Source: a virus
DNA: 64,000 bases
Direction: 5' to 3' (one strand)
Virus genome (UHGV): UHGV-0218015
In this document: positions 19,264-28,063 of the stretch, piece by piece
Numbering within the stretch: the first letter of the stretch is position 1
Layout of the letters: the number at the start of each line of letters is the position of its first letter
Program-made: the position numbers and the translations under genes
Notes under the pieces: generated by a model
The model's database searches: none
What the model was told of the DNA's origin: nothing
The model's input: only the letters and a program-made list of their open reading frames with translations

Positions 19264-21780
19264 ATGGAGGTGGGTATGCTAAAAGTTGAACGCATTATAC
19301 TCAAAGGTTTTACGGGGATGGGATTACATGAAATTGAAACTTTCGATTTCACTATCCAGTCTCCAACAACAATTATCCTAGGTGGGAACGGTTGCGGGAA
19401 AACCAGTCTACTGTCTGTATTCTTACCCTTAGCACCGGCTAAAACTGAATTCAGAGACGGCGGTTCTTACACGAACTACTGTTTAGTTGGTGATCAACGG
19501 TATCGATTCAAAGTTGCCCGTAAAGGTAACTCTTTGGTTTGCGATATTGAAAATCTGACCACGGGAGCAAAGATCGTCGAGCAAGGTAATGCGAAGGTCT
19601 ACAACTCTCGTGTTGAAGAAATCACGGGTATTACGAAAGAAATTAAAGAACTATTAAATGGTGAGGTTTTGTTAACCGAAGCGGGAACCGAATTACGCCG
19701 TAAATGGTTTTACCGTTTAAGTACCTCTGATCTCACATACGCGTTAGGGTTTTATCAACGTTTGCGTAAAAACCTTACCGCCTTAAATGGAGGTATTGAA
19801 ATCACCAGTCGCAAGATTGCCGAATTACGGACGCGTGTTATTGAGAACGAGGAAGAACGACAACAATTAGCAACGAGATTAAAAGGTCTGGAATCGGATT
19901 TACGTGAACTGAACCGAGAAATCGAACAGTTGCCAGGATTAAATCGTGCTGTCACGATCGAAACAATCCAAGCGTTATTAAACGGTTTGGGTCCAACCAT
20001 CGACGCAATATTACAACATCGTGGTGGGTTGCCTACTGATGAACAGATACTGGTCGCCCGACAAAATGAAGCGACAGCCCGCGAAGCCGTCGTTTCTACC
20101 GAAACAGAGGTATCGATGTTGAATAAAGATTTATCGCTATTGATGGATGAGTCAACACGACAAGACTACCTGATGCGGAACCACGAAGGTCTCAAGAACA
20201 CACTGGCACGTTTACGTGAGTTACTTACCAAGTGGGACACCGAACATCTCTTTCCAGGTTTATTTAACGATAACGTTAATTTAGACCAACTTCGTGCGTC
20301 TACCGATGCGCGTATTTGGGGACAACGGTTGGGGACAACACTGGACGCTATTCATTCAACCGAGAAACTCAATGTTTTGGAAGAACGTCTTCTGGTGATG
20401 GATCAAAAAACCGCAGGATTACGGGATAGACTCCAGCGAGTGGAGAACGTTTTACAGAATTTAAATCACGAGCGTAACCACTACTTAGAAACGGCAGAAG
20501 TGGATTGTCCGCAGTGTCGGTTTAAGTTTCGGCCAGGTGTTACGCGTTCTTTACCTGAACTCGAGTCATCGATTCGTGGTCAACAGCAGCAACGGACGGA
20601 ACTTCAAACACAGCTAGAGACCTTATTACGCGATCGTGTTGAATTAGAATCTGATGTAACTTATATGCGGCAGGTTCGTGAGATTGTACTGACGTATTCA
20701 AAGGACCCTGTATTGAGTATGTTCTTTAAGCGTTTGCAAGAACGTAACGTTTTCACAGAGTCTCGCGAGCAGTTCGGGAGTCTATGCGCAGCGTTTGACG
20801 GTGAGTTGTACTCTGCTATTGAGTACCATGAAACCCGACAACGGTTAGTGAAAGCGGAAAAAGAATGGCAGGATGTCGTGGCGGCCGTTGGTAACGTCGA
20901 TGGTGCTTTACAACAAAAGATCGCCTTCCAACAGTCGAGATTAGGTAAAGCCACAGAGATGCTCTCAATGCATCGTAGAGAGCACGAACTGGCTAACACG
21001 ACACTTACCTATCTAGTGAATTTTAAACGTGCTGTAGATGATTTCAGTGCGTTATTCGAACGGTTAGAGAGTGATGTTAAGGTTACGTTGACAAATACGG
21101 TCGTCGAGGAGCTCTTACGAGCGCGGGAAGGGAAGCTGGATGCTTTTACAACTGCACGCGAACGTTATCGTCAGATGGAAAATGAATTGAACCAGCTCAA
21201 CAGTTTGGAGCGCGAACTTACAGACTTACAAGCCCAACAGTTCAATAACAAACTGATGATTCAAGCCTTCTCGCCAGAAAAGGGTGTACTTAGAAAGTAT
21301 TTTTACAACGCTATCGTTAGAATCACAGAGTTAATGACGCGTTATATCGAACAGGTCTGGACGTACCCCATGCGTGTTATGCCCTGTGATCTCACTGACG
21401 GTGATTTGGATTATACTTTTCCTGTCCAGCTAAAAACGCACCCTGAGCCTGTTCCTGACGTGCGTAAAGGGTCTAAGGCACAGCGTGCTATATTTAATCT
21501 GATGTTCAGACTGACTGCGTACAAAGCGCTGAAGTTGCATCAGTTTCCGTTGCTTTTGGATGAGCCTTCGGAAGGCATGGACGAGGAGCACCGTAATAAC
21601 CTGGTCGGCTTTATTAAAACGTTAGCAAACTCGGGAGAATTTTCACAACTGTTGGTAGTCTCCCACGAAGCCGAGGTTCATTCTAAACTTAATGAAGCAT
21701 CGTACTGTGTCATCGAACCGGAAGGAGTGACATTGCCTGCGGTGTATAACGAAGGAGTAAAAATTGTTTATGCAAACTGA
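19264..21780 (+). CDS. Rad50/SbcC-like ATPase with zinc hook
   Basis: N-terminal P-loop GGNGCGKTS; long predicted coiled coils; central CPQC (zinc-hook-type CxxC); C-terminal Walker B / H-loop LLLDEPSEGMD...VVSHEAE; 838 aa. Confidence 0.7.
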   Translation: MEVGMLKVERIILKGFTGMGLHEIETFDFTIQSPTTIILGGNGCGKTSLLSVFLPLAPAKTEFRDGGSYTNYCLVGDQRYRFKVARKGNSLVCDIENLTTGAKIVEQGNAKVYNSRVEEITGITKEIKELLNGEVLLTEAGTELRRKWFYRLSTSDLTYALGFYQRLRKNLTALNGGIEITSRKIAELRTRVIENEEERQQLATRLKGLESDLRELNREIEQLPGLNRAVTIETIQALLNGLGPTIDAILQHRGGLPTDEQILVARQNEATAREAVVSTETEVSMLNKDLSLLMDESTRQDYLMRNHEGLKNTLARLRELLTKWDTEHLFPGLFNDNVNLDQLRASTDARIWGQRLGTTLDAIHSTEKLNVLEERLLVMDQKTAGLRDRLQRVENVLQNLNHERNHYLETAEVDCPQCRFKFRPGVTRSLPELESSIRGQQQQRTELQTQLETLLRDRVELESDVTYMRQVREIVLTYSKDPVLSMFFKRLQERNVFTESREQFGSLCAAFDGELYSAIEYHETRQRLVKAEKEWQDVVAAVGNVDGALQQKIAFQQSRLGKATEMLSMHRREHELANTTLTYLVNFKRAVDDFSALFERLESDVKVTLTNTVVEELLRAREGKLDAFTTARERYRQMENELNQLNSLERELTDLQAQQFNNKLMIQAFSPEKGVLRKYFYNAIVRITELMTRYIEQVWTYPMRVMPCDLTDGDLDYTFPVQLKTHPEPVPDVRKGSKAQRAIFNLMFRLTAYKALKLHQFPLLLDEPSEGMDEEHRNNLVGFIKTLANSGEFSQLLVVSHEAEVHSKLNEASYCVIEPEGVTLPAVYNEGVKIVYAN

Positions 21781-21949
21781 TTGGTTCCGTCGTTTTATGG
21801 ACGCGGCGGGGTTTGGTTTCATGTCCATTCTAGCGGTTCTTTATGTCATGTTTTGCGTGGTGATGATTTTATGGGTAGTTTCATCTTATCTGATTAAACT
21901 ATCTTGGGGTTCAATTTGGCGTCAACGTGAATGCGAATGGCGGAATTAG
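21764..21949 (+). CDS. small membrane protein (61 aa)
   Basis: Hydrophobic segment FGFMSILAVLYVMFCVVMILWVVSSYLI; start overlaps the end of the Rad50-like gene. Confidence 0.4.
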   Translation: MFMQTDWFRRFMDAAGFGFMSILAVLYVMFCVVMILWVVSSYLIKLSWGSIWRQRECEWRN

Positions 21950-21960
21950 GAGAAGGGAAT

Positions 21961-22059
21961 ATGGTTGAAGGGGTTCTGTTAACACTTGGTGCGATGTGGT
22001 TAATCGGTAAAGGTTTAAACTTGCTGGTTAAACAACACAGATGGGCGTTTGAAGATTAA
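21961..22059 (+). CDS. small membrane peptide (32 aa)
   Basis: ATG preceded by AGGAGAAGGG; hydrophobic VEGVLLTLGAMWLIGKGL. Confidence 0.3.
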   Translation: MVEGVLLTLGAMWLIGKGLNLLVKQHRWAFED

Positions 22060-22116
22060 ACACCCAAATAATCCGGAAAATACCCTCCGACGTGAGGGTA
22101 TTACTAGGAGCAGAAA

Positions 22117-22245
22117 ATGACCTCGATAAACACTACGAATGTAGCGATATCCGCATTATACGATGCGGAACTTTCATGGGGTGGATTGATAATCACCACG
22201 GCCGTATTAGCCGCTGCGGCATTCGTCATCGCGCGTTGGTTTTAA
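22117..22245 (+). CDS. small membrane peptide (42 aa)
   Basis: ATG preceded by an AGGAG RBS; hydrophobic LIITTAVLAAAAFVIARWF. Confidence 0.3.
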   Translation: MTSINTTNVAISALYDAELSWGGLIITTAVLAAAAFVIARWF

Positions 22246-22276
22246 TTTTACTTTTTTGCGTCTCTAAGGTTTGCAA

Positions 22277-22720
22277 ATGGAAATTTATTTGTTGAACGCA
22301 TCTTCTAAAGTCGGCGAACGACAAGCTGCCGATTTACTCAAACTACACTACCGTTACTTAGACCACCAGGCTACATTACTAAAAATCAAAGCGTCGGTAC
22401 CGATGTTAAAAGCTCGGCAACTGATCGAAGGTAACTGCATAGTTCTGGTGTATCAGGATGATGTAGCGGTAGGATACTGTAGTTATCGGAATCGTAACGG
22501 TTCACTTAAGATACGTTCGGTATACGTGCTCCCAGACTATCGTCAGCGGGGTGTAATGAAAGAGATTTTCAAAGCAATTGCCGCTGATGAAGTTTTCGGT
22601 GAAATTGTTACTGGCATGTATGCGAAATGTAAAGAAGCAAAAGAGTATTTCATCCGACGCGGCTATCAGGCGATTTACTCACACGATCGTGAGTGGGTCG
22701 ATTTTAGCAAAACATTCTAA
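22277..22720 (+). CDS. GNAT-family N-acetyltransferase
   Basis: GNAT motif-A-like segment VGYCSYRNRNGSLKIRSVYVLPDYRQRGVMKEIFKAI (V-x-P-x-Y-R-x-x-G fits the acetyl-CoA-binding loop pattern); about 148 aa from the ATG at 22277. Confidence 0.55.
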   Translation: MEIYLLNASSKVGERQAADLLKLHYRYLDHQATLLKIKASVPMLKARQLIEGNCIVLVYQDDVAVGYCSYRNRNGSLKIRSVYVLPDYRQRGVMKEIFKAIAADEVFGEIVTGMYAKCKEAKEYFIRRGYQAIYSHDREWVDFSKTF

Positions 22721-22787
22721 AAACAATAAAAGCTCTCTTGGCGTACCTCACTATGAGTGTGAGAAATTTACGTCAGGAGAGCTAATT

Positions 22788-23033
22788 ATGTTAAAATCGT
22801 ACGGAGTGGGTGGTTTGGATACGAGTATTTGTTGGAAAGAATACGAACGTGCAAAAGCGTTCTTACAACATCCCAATGTAGGGACAATAGGTAAGGTCTG
22901 TTTCGGCAAACCTTCATTGACGGCTTGTATCCAAGGGGCTTTAGGGACGTTGCCACCCGAAACACATTTCGAGCCTGAGGAGAATACGAATGTTCACAGA
23001 GAACCCATCAATTTACGGCATACCGTTGAATGA
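22788..23033 (+). CDS. hypothetical small protein (81 aa)
   Basis: ATG with AGGAGAG RBS; the longer track ORF 22578..23033 overlaps the GNAT gene in another frame, so the shorter start is preferred. Confidence 0.4.
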   Translation: MLKSYGVGGLDTSICWKEYERAKAFLQHPNVGTIGKVCFGKPSLTACIQGALGTLPPETHFEPEENTNVHREPINLRHTVE

Positions 23034-23358
23034 AATTGACATTCTACAAATTTGTTATCAGTGCGACGACTTTGGTAAGACGCAGGTAACAGAGCTAGTT
23101 AAGCTTTTAGGTTACTTACCTGAAATCGAGCTACCTTTTGTTAAACCCAGCTTGGTTCGTCGTGCATCGTGTCGCGAAGCTTATTTGCTGTGGAAACACA
23201 ATATTTCAGTAGAGAAGGTCTGGGACCGCATGAACGATCATCAGTTCCGTGAACAGGTTGTGCACACGCTCAACTTGGCACTGACTATGCAACGCCTGGG
23301 CTTACAACACGAAGGTTTAGAAGCGGCGGTCAAACAATGGATTACAAAAAATCGCTAA
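22990..23358 (+). CDS. hypothetical protein (122 aa)
   Basis: ORF lying between the GNAT and macrodomain genes. Confidence 0.45.
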   Translation: MFTENPSIYGIPLNEIDILQICYQCDDFGKTQVTELVKLLGYLPEIELPFVKPSLVRRASCREAYLLWKHNISVEKVWDRMNDHQFREQVVHTLNLALTMQRLGLQHEGLEAAVKQWITKNR

Positions 23359-23445
23359 TGGGTAAAACATATATCGCTATACTTGTCGAGCTATCAATCG
23401 GCGGTACACGTTTTAATACTACACATCAACTATGGCCGATTCGTT

Positions 23446-23943
23446 ATGTTAACGGTACGTAAAGAATCTAAAATTGGTAACGATCTTTTTAATGCGCCCG
23501 AAGACTATAAAGTCGTTACCATTAACTGTGTAGGAGCAATGGGTCGCGGTATTGCACTGGCGTGCCGTGAACGCTACTCCAACCTTTATCAAGATTACCG
23601 TAAGCGGTGTCGCGAAGACGAAATTAAGATTGGAAGTGTTTACGTTTACCCGGATGAAAAGTGCATCTTGCTCCCCACGAAAACACACTGGCGTTTAAAG
23701 TCCCAGGTTTCTTATGTTACTGCGGGCATTACCGCATTAGCAGATTGTGTTGAGGAACTGGATACCAGCGTTGCTATCCCTCCACTGGGAATGGCAAATG
23801 GGTGGTTAGATTCCTGGGAAAGACAAGAAATCTTCTTGTGGCTTTACAAAAAACTTGAACCGAGGAGGCAACACTACACGTTATACTTACCCGATAAGCT
23901 GTACCGAGAAGCAGAGTCATTAATTCCAAACTCTTTTAAATAG
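23446..23943 (+). CDS. macrodomain protein of the TARG1/OARD1/DarG type (putative ADP-ribosyl hydrolase)
   Basis: GNDLFNAPEDYKVVTINCVGAMGRGIA matches from memory the human TARG1 segment [27 protein letters not shown]; C-terminal IPPLGMANGWLDSWE matches TARG1 MPRIGCGLDRLQWE. Track ORF begins at a TTG at 23383; the first ATG is at 23446. Confidence 0.7.
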   Translation: MLTVRKESKIGNDLFNAPEDYKVVTINCVGAMGRGIALACRERYSNLYQDYRKRCREDEIKIGSVYVYPDEKCILLPTKTHWRLKSQVSYVTAGITALADCVEELDTSVAIPPLGMANGWLDSWERQEIFLWLYKKLEPRRQHYTLYLPDKLYREAESLIPNSFK

Positions 23944-24016
23944 ATATCATCATTAGGGCACACAACAAAGGAGTATTAGCTGTCCGCGCCGTCATTTCGT
24001 CTTACGGAATACGGAA

Positions 24017-24742
24017 ATGTATAAATCCAACTGGAGAAACAAAATGTTTCGTATCTTCTTTCTTTTACTGGTAACACTTTTCGCGTTTAACGCACAGGCG
24101 TCAACGTCAACGCCACAAACTAAACATCAGCGTGAGTTTACACAAATCCAACATCGGTTCGAAAAAGTCAGTCCGTTAATTGTGGAAATCTCACGAAAGC
24201 AAGGCGTTGATCCTAAGCTGATGATTACGCTGATTTATCGTGAATCGCGTTTTGATCCCAAGGCTTACAACAAAAGCTCACGGGCACACAGCCTGGTACA
24301 GATGCTTCCAAGTACCAAGCGTAGTCTGCTAAAGCTTTATGGAAAAGAATTAGGTCTTAGTCAGAACGCCGATTTGTATAATCCGCGTAACGCTGTTTTG
24401 CTGGCTACCGCGTATGTTAAACATCTTGAGAAGGGGTTAACCAAACGACTCAAACGCAAGCCCACCATGGCTGAAGTTGCGTTAGCTTACCACTGGGGTG
24501 AAAGTGGTGCTCACACGCGAATCAAAAGCAAATCTCGAGCAGCACAACGAGAAATGGCAGGCTTTATGAAAGATGCCTCGTTCTATAGCGCGAAAATCGA
24601 TGTGTCTGTTGTTGTGGGCTCGGCCCCACGTCAGCTTGCGTTTGCGAAGAAAACATCACGTCAGATTCAATTGGCGGAAGTTAGTAAAATTTGGGATACG
24701 ATAAACACGAGTTTTCCAATCAATAGAGGAGTTACCCTTTGA
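24017..24742 (+). CDS. secreted lytic transglycosylase (SLT-domain; possible signal-peptide endolysin)
   Basis: Sec leader MFRIFFLLLVTLFAFNAQA; SLT family-1 motifs ...YRESRFDPKAY...AHSLVQMLPST...; 241 aa. Confidence 0.7.
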   Translation: MYKSNWRNKMFRIFFLLLVTLFAFNAQASTSTPQTKHQREFTQIQHRFEKVSPLIVEISRKQGVDPKLMITLIYRESRFDPKAYNKSSRAHSLVQMLPSTKRSLLKLYGKELGLSQNADLYNPRNAVLLATAYVKHLEKGLTKRLKRKPTMAEVALAYHWGESGAHTRIKSKSRAAQREMAGFMKDASFYSAKIDVSVVVGSAPRQLAFAKKTSRQIQLAEVSKIWDTINTSFPINRGVTL

Positions 24743-25248
24743 GCATCGTTGTAACCGATTGGTATAAAGGCATTACAAAAGCCGCACAACTAACCGCGAA
24801 AGACATTTACGGTATCGTCCGAAGCAGCATCGAAGACGAGATTAAATCGGATGAAGAGTTCGCAGAGAAGCACGAATTTTACGATGCTTTACCTACAGCA
24901 TTCGGTGATGACGAAGAGGAAGGTTTAGAGTTTGACTGGAACGTCAACCTTGCCTTGCTGTGGATTTGTGGTTTACGTCCAACGGTAAAAGAAACCGAAG
25001 AAGGGAAAGTCTTGCTTTGGAATTTTACCGGACAGTATAACCGTAGCCTAGTCTTTAAACAGGCGTATATGGACGCTACTGTAGAACTTCAGAAACTGCT
25101 ACTTGGCGAAAACACATACTGCCAGCGTAGTTTTCTAACGATTCTGGAAAAACTTGTGTTAACGCACAAAGTCTGGCGTAAAGAAGACGCCCCAGAACAC
25201 ATGTTCATTTTAGAGTACGCTGTCATTCCAAATCAGCCGTTCTTCTAA
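24739..25248 (+). CDS. hypothetical acidic protein (169 aa)
   Basis: ORF overlapping the SLT stop by 4 nt; followed by a terminator. Confidence 0.5.
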   Translation: MSIVVTDWYKGITKAAQLTAKDIYGIVRSSIEDEIKSDEEFAEKHEFYDALPTAFGDDEEEGLEFDWNVNLALLWICGLRPTVKETEEGKVLLWNFTGQYNRSLVFKQAYMDATVELQKLLLGENTYCQRSFLTILEKLVLTHKVWRKEDAPEHMFILEYAVIPNQPFF

Positions 25249-25252
25249 TCTC

Positions 25253-25290
25253 TACCCCTTACCCTTTACGGAGTAAGGGGTAATTTTATT
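25253..25290 (+). terminator. rho-independent terminator
   Basis: Hairpin CCCTTACCCTTTACGGAGTAAGGGG followed by a T-rich run. Confidence 0.65.
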
Positions 25291-25314
25291 TTCATTCCCT
25301 AAAGGAACAGAGAT

Positions 25315-25794
25315 ATGATAAAATTCATTTGGCGTTACCCAACACGTTTTTGGTTTGTGGTGCTTGAACTGTGTATGGTTCTTGTAGCGGTTACTTTTAT
25401 CGATGCACCTGCCTCACAGTTGACCATTTTCTGTCTTTTCGTGGCAGTTCCTGTATGGGTTATTGCGAAGGCTATTAAGTTCGCCATGGTGAGTTGGGCG
25501 AATTATACGTGTCCGTATAAACCCAGACAAATCATGAACTGGCTAATGTTTATTGAAGAACGTTTACCGGCGCAACGTAAATTACTGGGCTGGTCGTCTA
25601 TGTTGGATATTGCGCTAGAAACCAATGCAAAGTTCCCCGGTGCGAAAAACCCGTATTTGCTGTTGGCGGTAATTGTTGCGCAACAAAAACTGGTAGGCGA
25701 TCGTTGGTTGCCAGAAGAGGCGAAAGCGTATATCCGTAAACATCCAAAAGCTTTTTACTCAGTAGGTCAATGGCGTAACTTGCCATTATTTTAA
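25315..25794 (+). CDS. membrane protein with two N-terminal transmembrane helices (holin-like topology?)
   Basis: Hydrophobic segments FWFVVLELCMVLVAVTFI and LTIFCLFVAVPVWVIAKAI; 159 aa; lies near the secreted SLT. Confidence 0.45.
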   Translation: MIKFIWRYPTRFWFVVLELCMVLVAVTFIDAPASQLTIFCLFVAVPVWVIAKAIKFAMVSWANYTCPYKPRQIMNWLMFIEERLPAQRKLLGWSSMLDIALETNAKFPGAKNPYLLLAVIVAQQKLVGDRWLPEEAKAYIRKHPKAFYSVGQWRNLPLF

Positions 25795-25848
25795 CTTTTT
25801 TACATAACCCTTAGTTGATTTGAACAAACCTAAAAGAGGACTATTAAA

Positions 25849-26784
25849 ATGACTTTTCCATCTGAAGTAATTTACGAACTGGCTAACACTCTACGTCGTT
25901 ACCATAGCAGCAAGACGATGCAAACCAATGTGGGTGCGACCGCCGACTTTTTACGTGGTTATTTCCTAGGCAGAAATCCAACGTCGATTACACAGGAAAC
26001 GGTTTTCTCTATCGAACGTACCTCCTTAATCCTTCCAATTGATAATTTCACTGCCTTTCAAGAAAGGAATACGTTCAACTTCTCTATGGGAATGCTGTAT
26101 TCGACCATCGCCATTAATCCCATCATGAGAGATGACCCATCTTTCGTGCCTTACCAACATACAACGGATCATGGTAATTGGTTCGTTGTGGTAGAACAAG
26201 GCGCGAATCAGTATGATGTTGTTGCGGCTCGTGACGAAGCTTTCTTTGATTTAGGACAGATTTATCGCCGTCAAGAAATTGCGTTTGACCTACGTCAAGG
26301 TAATATCGGATTAAGTGGGGCTGCTGTCTATTTCATCCTGAGCAGTTGGTCACATGTAGGTTTTGTGCTGATGAAAAACGGAGCGTTGTTCAACTCACCG
26401 TTGGTAAAATACCATAGCCTTGAGGAAGGAGATCGTGACGAAGAAGAAACGGTACCTGGCACAGAAGTCGCCGTCTGTGAAAACTACGATGATCTGAAAT
26501 CTGTGCTCGTTAAACGCGATGTTTTCGAATCGTTAAACCTGGATTTCCCTGGTGACGAAAATGAAATATCCGTAGCTGATCTGGTAGAAGCGTTGTGTCA
26601 GAAAGACCAAGCTAACGAAATTAGCGACGAAGAAGCAGAACTCTTCCAAGTTCAACAACTCGTCAGCAAGGTTATCGGTGGCCAGGAAATCGTTGACACA
26701 CTTATGGCTTTACCACCGAAGAAACGTACTCAAAAGTACATTCGTGAACTGGTTCTTGAAAAGCTGGGCCAAACCAAAAAATAA
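25849..26784 (+). CDS. hypothetical protein (311 aa), paralog of 26846..27394
   Basis: N-terminus MTFPSEVIYELANTLRRY...FLRGYFLG resembles MFPSSEYLTHLAYGIRRG...FLANFLYNHFG of the next gene. Confidence 0.5.
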   Translation: MTFPSEVIYELANTLRRYHSSKTMQTNVGATADFLRGYFLGRNPTSITQETVFSIERTSLILPIDNFTAFQERNTFNFSMGMLYSTIAINPIMRDDPSFVPYQHTTDHGNWFVVVEQGANQYDVVAARDEAFFDLGQIYRRQEIAFDLRQGNIGLSGAAVYFILSSWSHVGFVLMKNGALFNSPLVKYHSLEEGDRDEEETVPGTEVAVCENYDDLKSVLVKRDVFESLNLDFPGDENEISVADLVEALCQKDQANEISDEEAELFQVQQLVSKVIGGQEIVDTLMALPPKKRTQKYIRELVLEKLGQTKK

Positions 26785-26790
26785 TCTAAG

Positions 26791-26825
26791 ACCCCTACTC
26801 CTCCGGGAGTAGGGTTAATTCTTTT
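26791..26825 (+). terminator. rho-independent terminator (CCCTACTCC hairpin family)
   Basis: CCCCTACTCCTCCGGGAGTAGGG followed by TTAATTCTTTTT. Confidence 0.7.
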
Positions 26826-26845
26826 TCCATCTTAGGAGTATTAAA

Positions 26846-27394
26846 ATGTTTCCATCGTCTGAATATTTAACTCATCTGGCTTACGGTATTCGCCGTGGTT
26901 CTGTTTTCCGCTCACGTTTAAAGGATATAAATTTCCTGGCTAATTTCTTATATAACCATTTTGGAGATGGAACTAACGTTTACAAAAAGATCACCTCAAC
27001 ACAACTTTATTCCCTTATAGCGGCGTCTGAAATCGTACCTACAGATATTTGGCGATTCAAGCGTTATAATGGTGATATTACAATCAGTTTTCTTGATCAT
27101 TCCCCTATTACCGTTGAAATCGCCGATCGTATTGACATTAATAGTGAAATGTCTGGTTGGAAGATTCTGTTTGATTGTGGCAATCGTTATGCGGTACTTG
27201 GCTCCTCTGATGAACGCGACTTCCCATTCGACAGGCCCTACTATTACCTTAGCGAAGATGATTTCCCGGATAAAGAATCCAATATCTATTTAAACGGGGA
27301 TACCGTTTACTTCATTTTTCGTACTTGGAACGATGTTGCTGCTATGATTGCTCAAGGCGTCATCGATTACCGTAAACTAGAAGTCGACATTTAA
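26846..27394 (+). CDS. hypothetical protein (182 aa), paralog of 25849..26784
   Basis: Shared N-terminal motif with the preceding gene. Confidence 0.5.
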   Translation: MFPSSEYLTHLAYGIRRGSVFRSRLKDINFLANFLYNHFGDGTNVYKKITSTQLYSLIAASEIVPTDIWRFKRYNGDITISFLDHSPITVEIADRIDINSEMSGWKILFDCGNRYAVLGSSDERDFPFDRPYYYLSEDDFPDKESNIYLNGDTVYFIFRTWNDVAAMIAQGVIDYRKLEVDI

Positions 27395-27403
27395 AATAAA
27401 AGC

Positions 27404-27436
27404 TACCCTACTCCTTCGGGAGTAGGGTAATCTTTT
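27404..27436. terminator. bidirectional terminator (CCCTACTCC hairpin family)
   Basis: CTACCCTACTCCTTCGGGAGTAGGGTA flanked by A-rich and T-rich runs, between convergent genes. Confidence 0.7.
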
Positions 27437-28060
27437 TTAGTTAACTAACCCGTTAGCTTTAAGAATCTCTAACATTTGGTTGTTTAACTCTTTTAATTTT
27501 TTGTTTTCTTCTGTCAACGCAGCAACTTTCTCGCCCAACGGAATAGACTCACGAATTTTATTTTTTCGTGCCGCTTCCATCTGCAAGTGTTGTTCCTCCG
27601 TTACCTTCCCCTCATACTCGAGAGTTGTAATTTCAACTTTCGGTTCAATTCCCAGAGTATGCGTGAGAATATCTGAAACGTCTTTTGTTATAGACGACAC
27701 TTTCACGTAATCCGGTACTAGTGCCAAATCTACCACTAACACATTTCGTTGATACGTGATCCCGGATAAACCTGGGTACGATTCCAGGTAGGTGTCAGGT
27801 ATGTATACAACTTGACCATCACGAGATTTAAATGTCAAAATCGACGCACTAACATTCGCATCTGCTAAATATTCTTCACGCCCTAGCCCTGCTGGCTGGT
27901 AATACGAATTATAAACGTCGATATTCTGACGTACTAAATCTGGGAAGGTACGCGATGCCTCTACCGTATAAATGACTGTCTCGGCTAAAGTAAATGGTGT
28001 TTTTACTTTAAACAGACCCGTGGTGTTGACTGGTACCTGTAGTGGTAAACGCGTAGCCAT
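27437..28060 (-). CDS. hypothetical protein (207 aa) with C-terminal coiled coil
   Basis: Minus-strand ORF 4 nt downstream of 28064..29437; C-terminal EENKKLKELNNQMLEILK coiled-coil-like segment. Confidence 0.5.
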   Translation of the reverse strand: MATRLPLQVPVNTTGLFKVKTPFTLAETVIYTVEASRTFPDLVRQNIDVYNSYYQPAGLGREEYLADANVSASILTFKSRDGQVVYIPDTYLESYPGLSGITYQRNVLVVDLALVPDYVKVSSITKDVSDILTHTLGIEPKVEITTLEYEGKVTEEQHLQMEAARKNKIRESIPLGEKVAALTEENKKLKELNNQMLEILKANGLVN

Positions 28061-28063
28061 TCA

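Noticed and set aside
19264-21780. Rad50-like ATPase as the SMC-like component of a defence system (Lamassu-type)
   Set aside because: The central CPQC zinc hook and overall architecture fit canonical Rad50/SbcC recombination proteins better, and no effector-like partner is adjacent; kept as a recombination ATPase.
22578-23033. 151-aa track ORF overlapping the 3' half of the GNAT gene
   Set aside because: It overlaps the GNAT gene in a different frame; a shorter in-frame start at 22788 with a good RBS explains the coding signal without the overlap.
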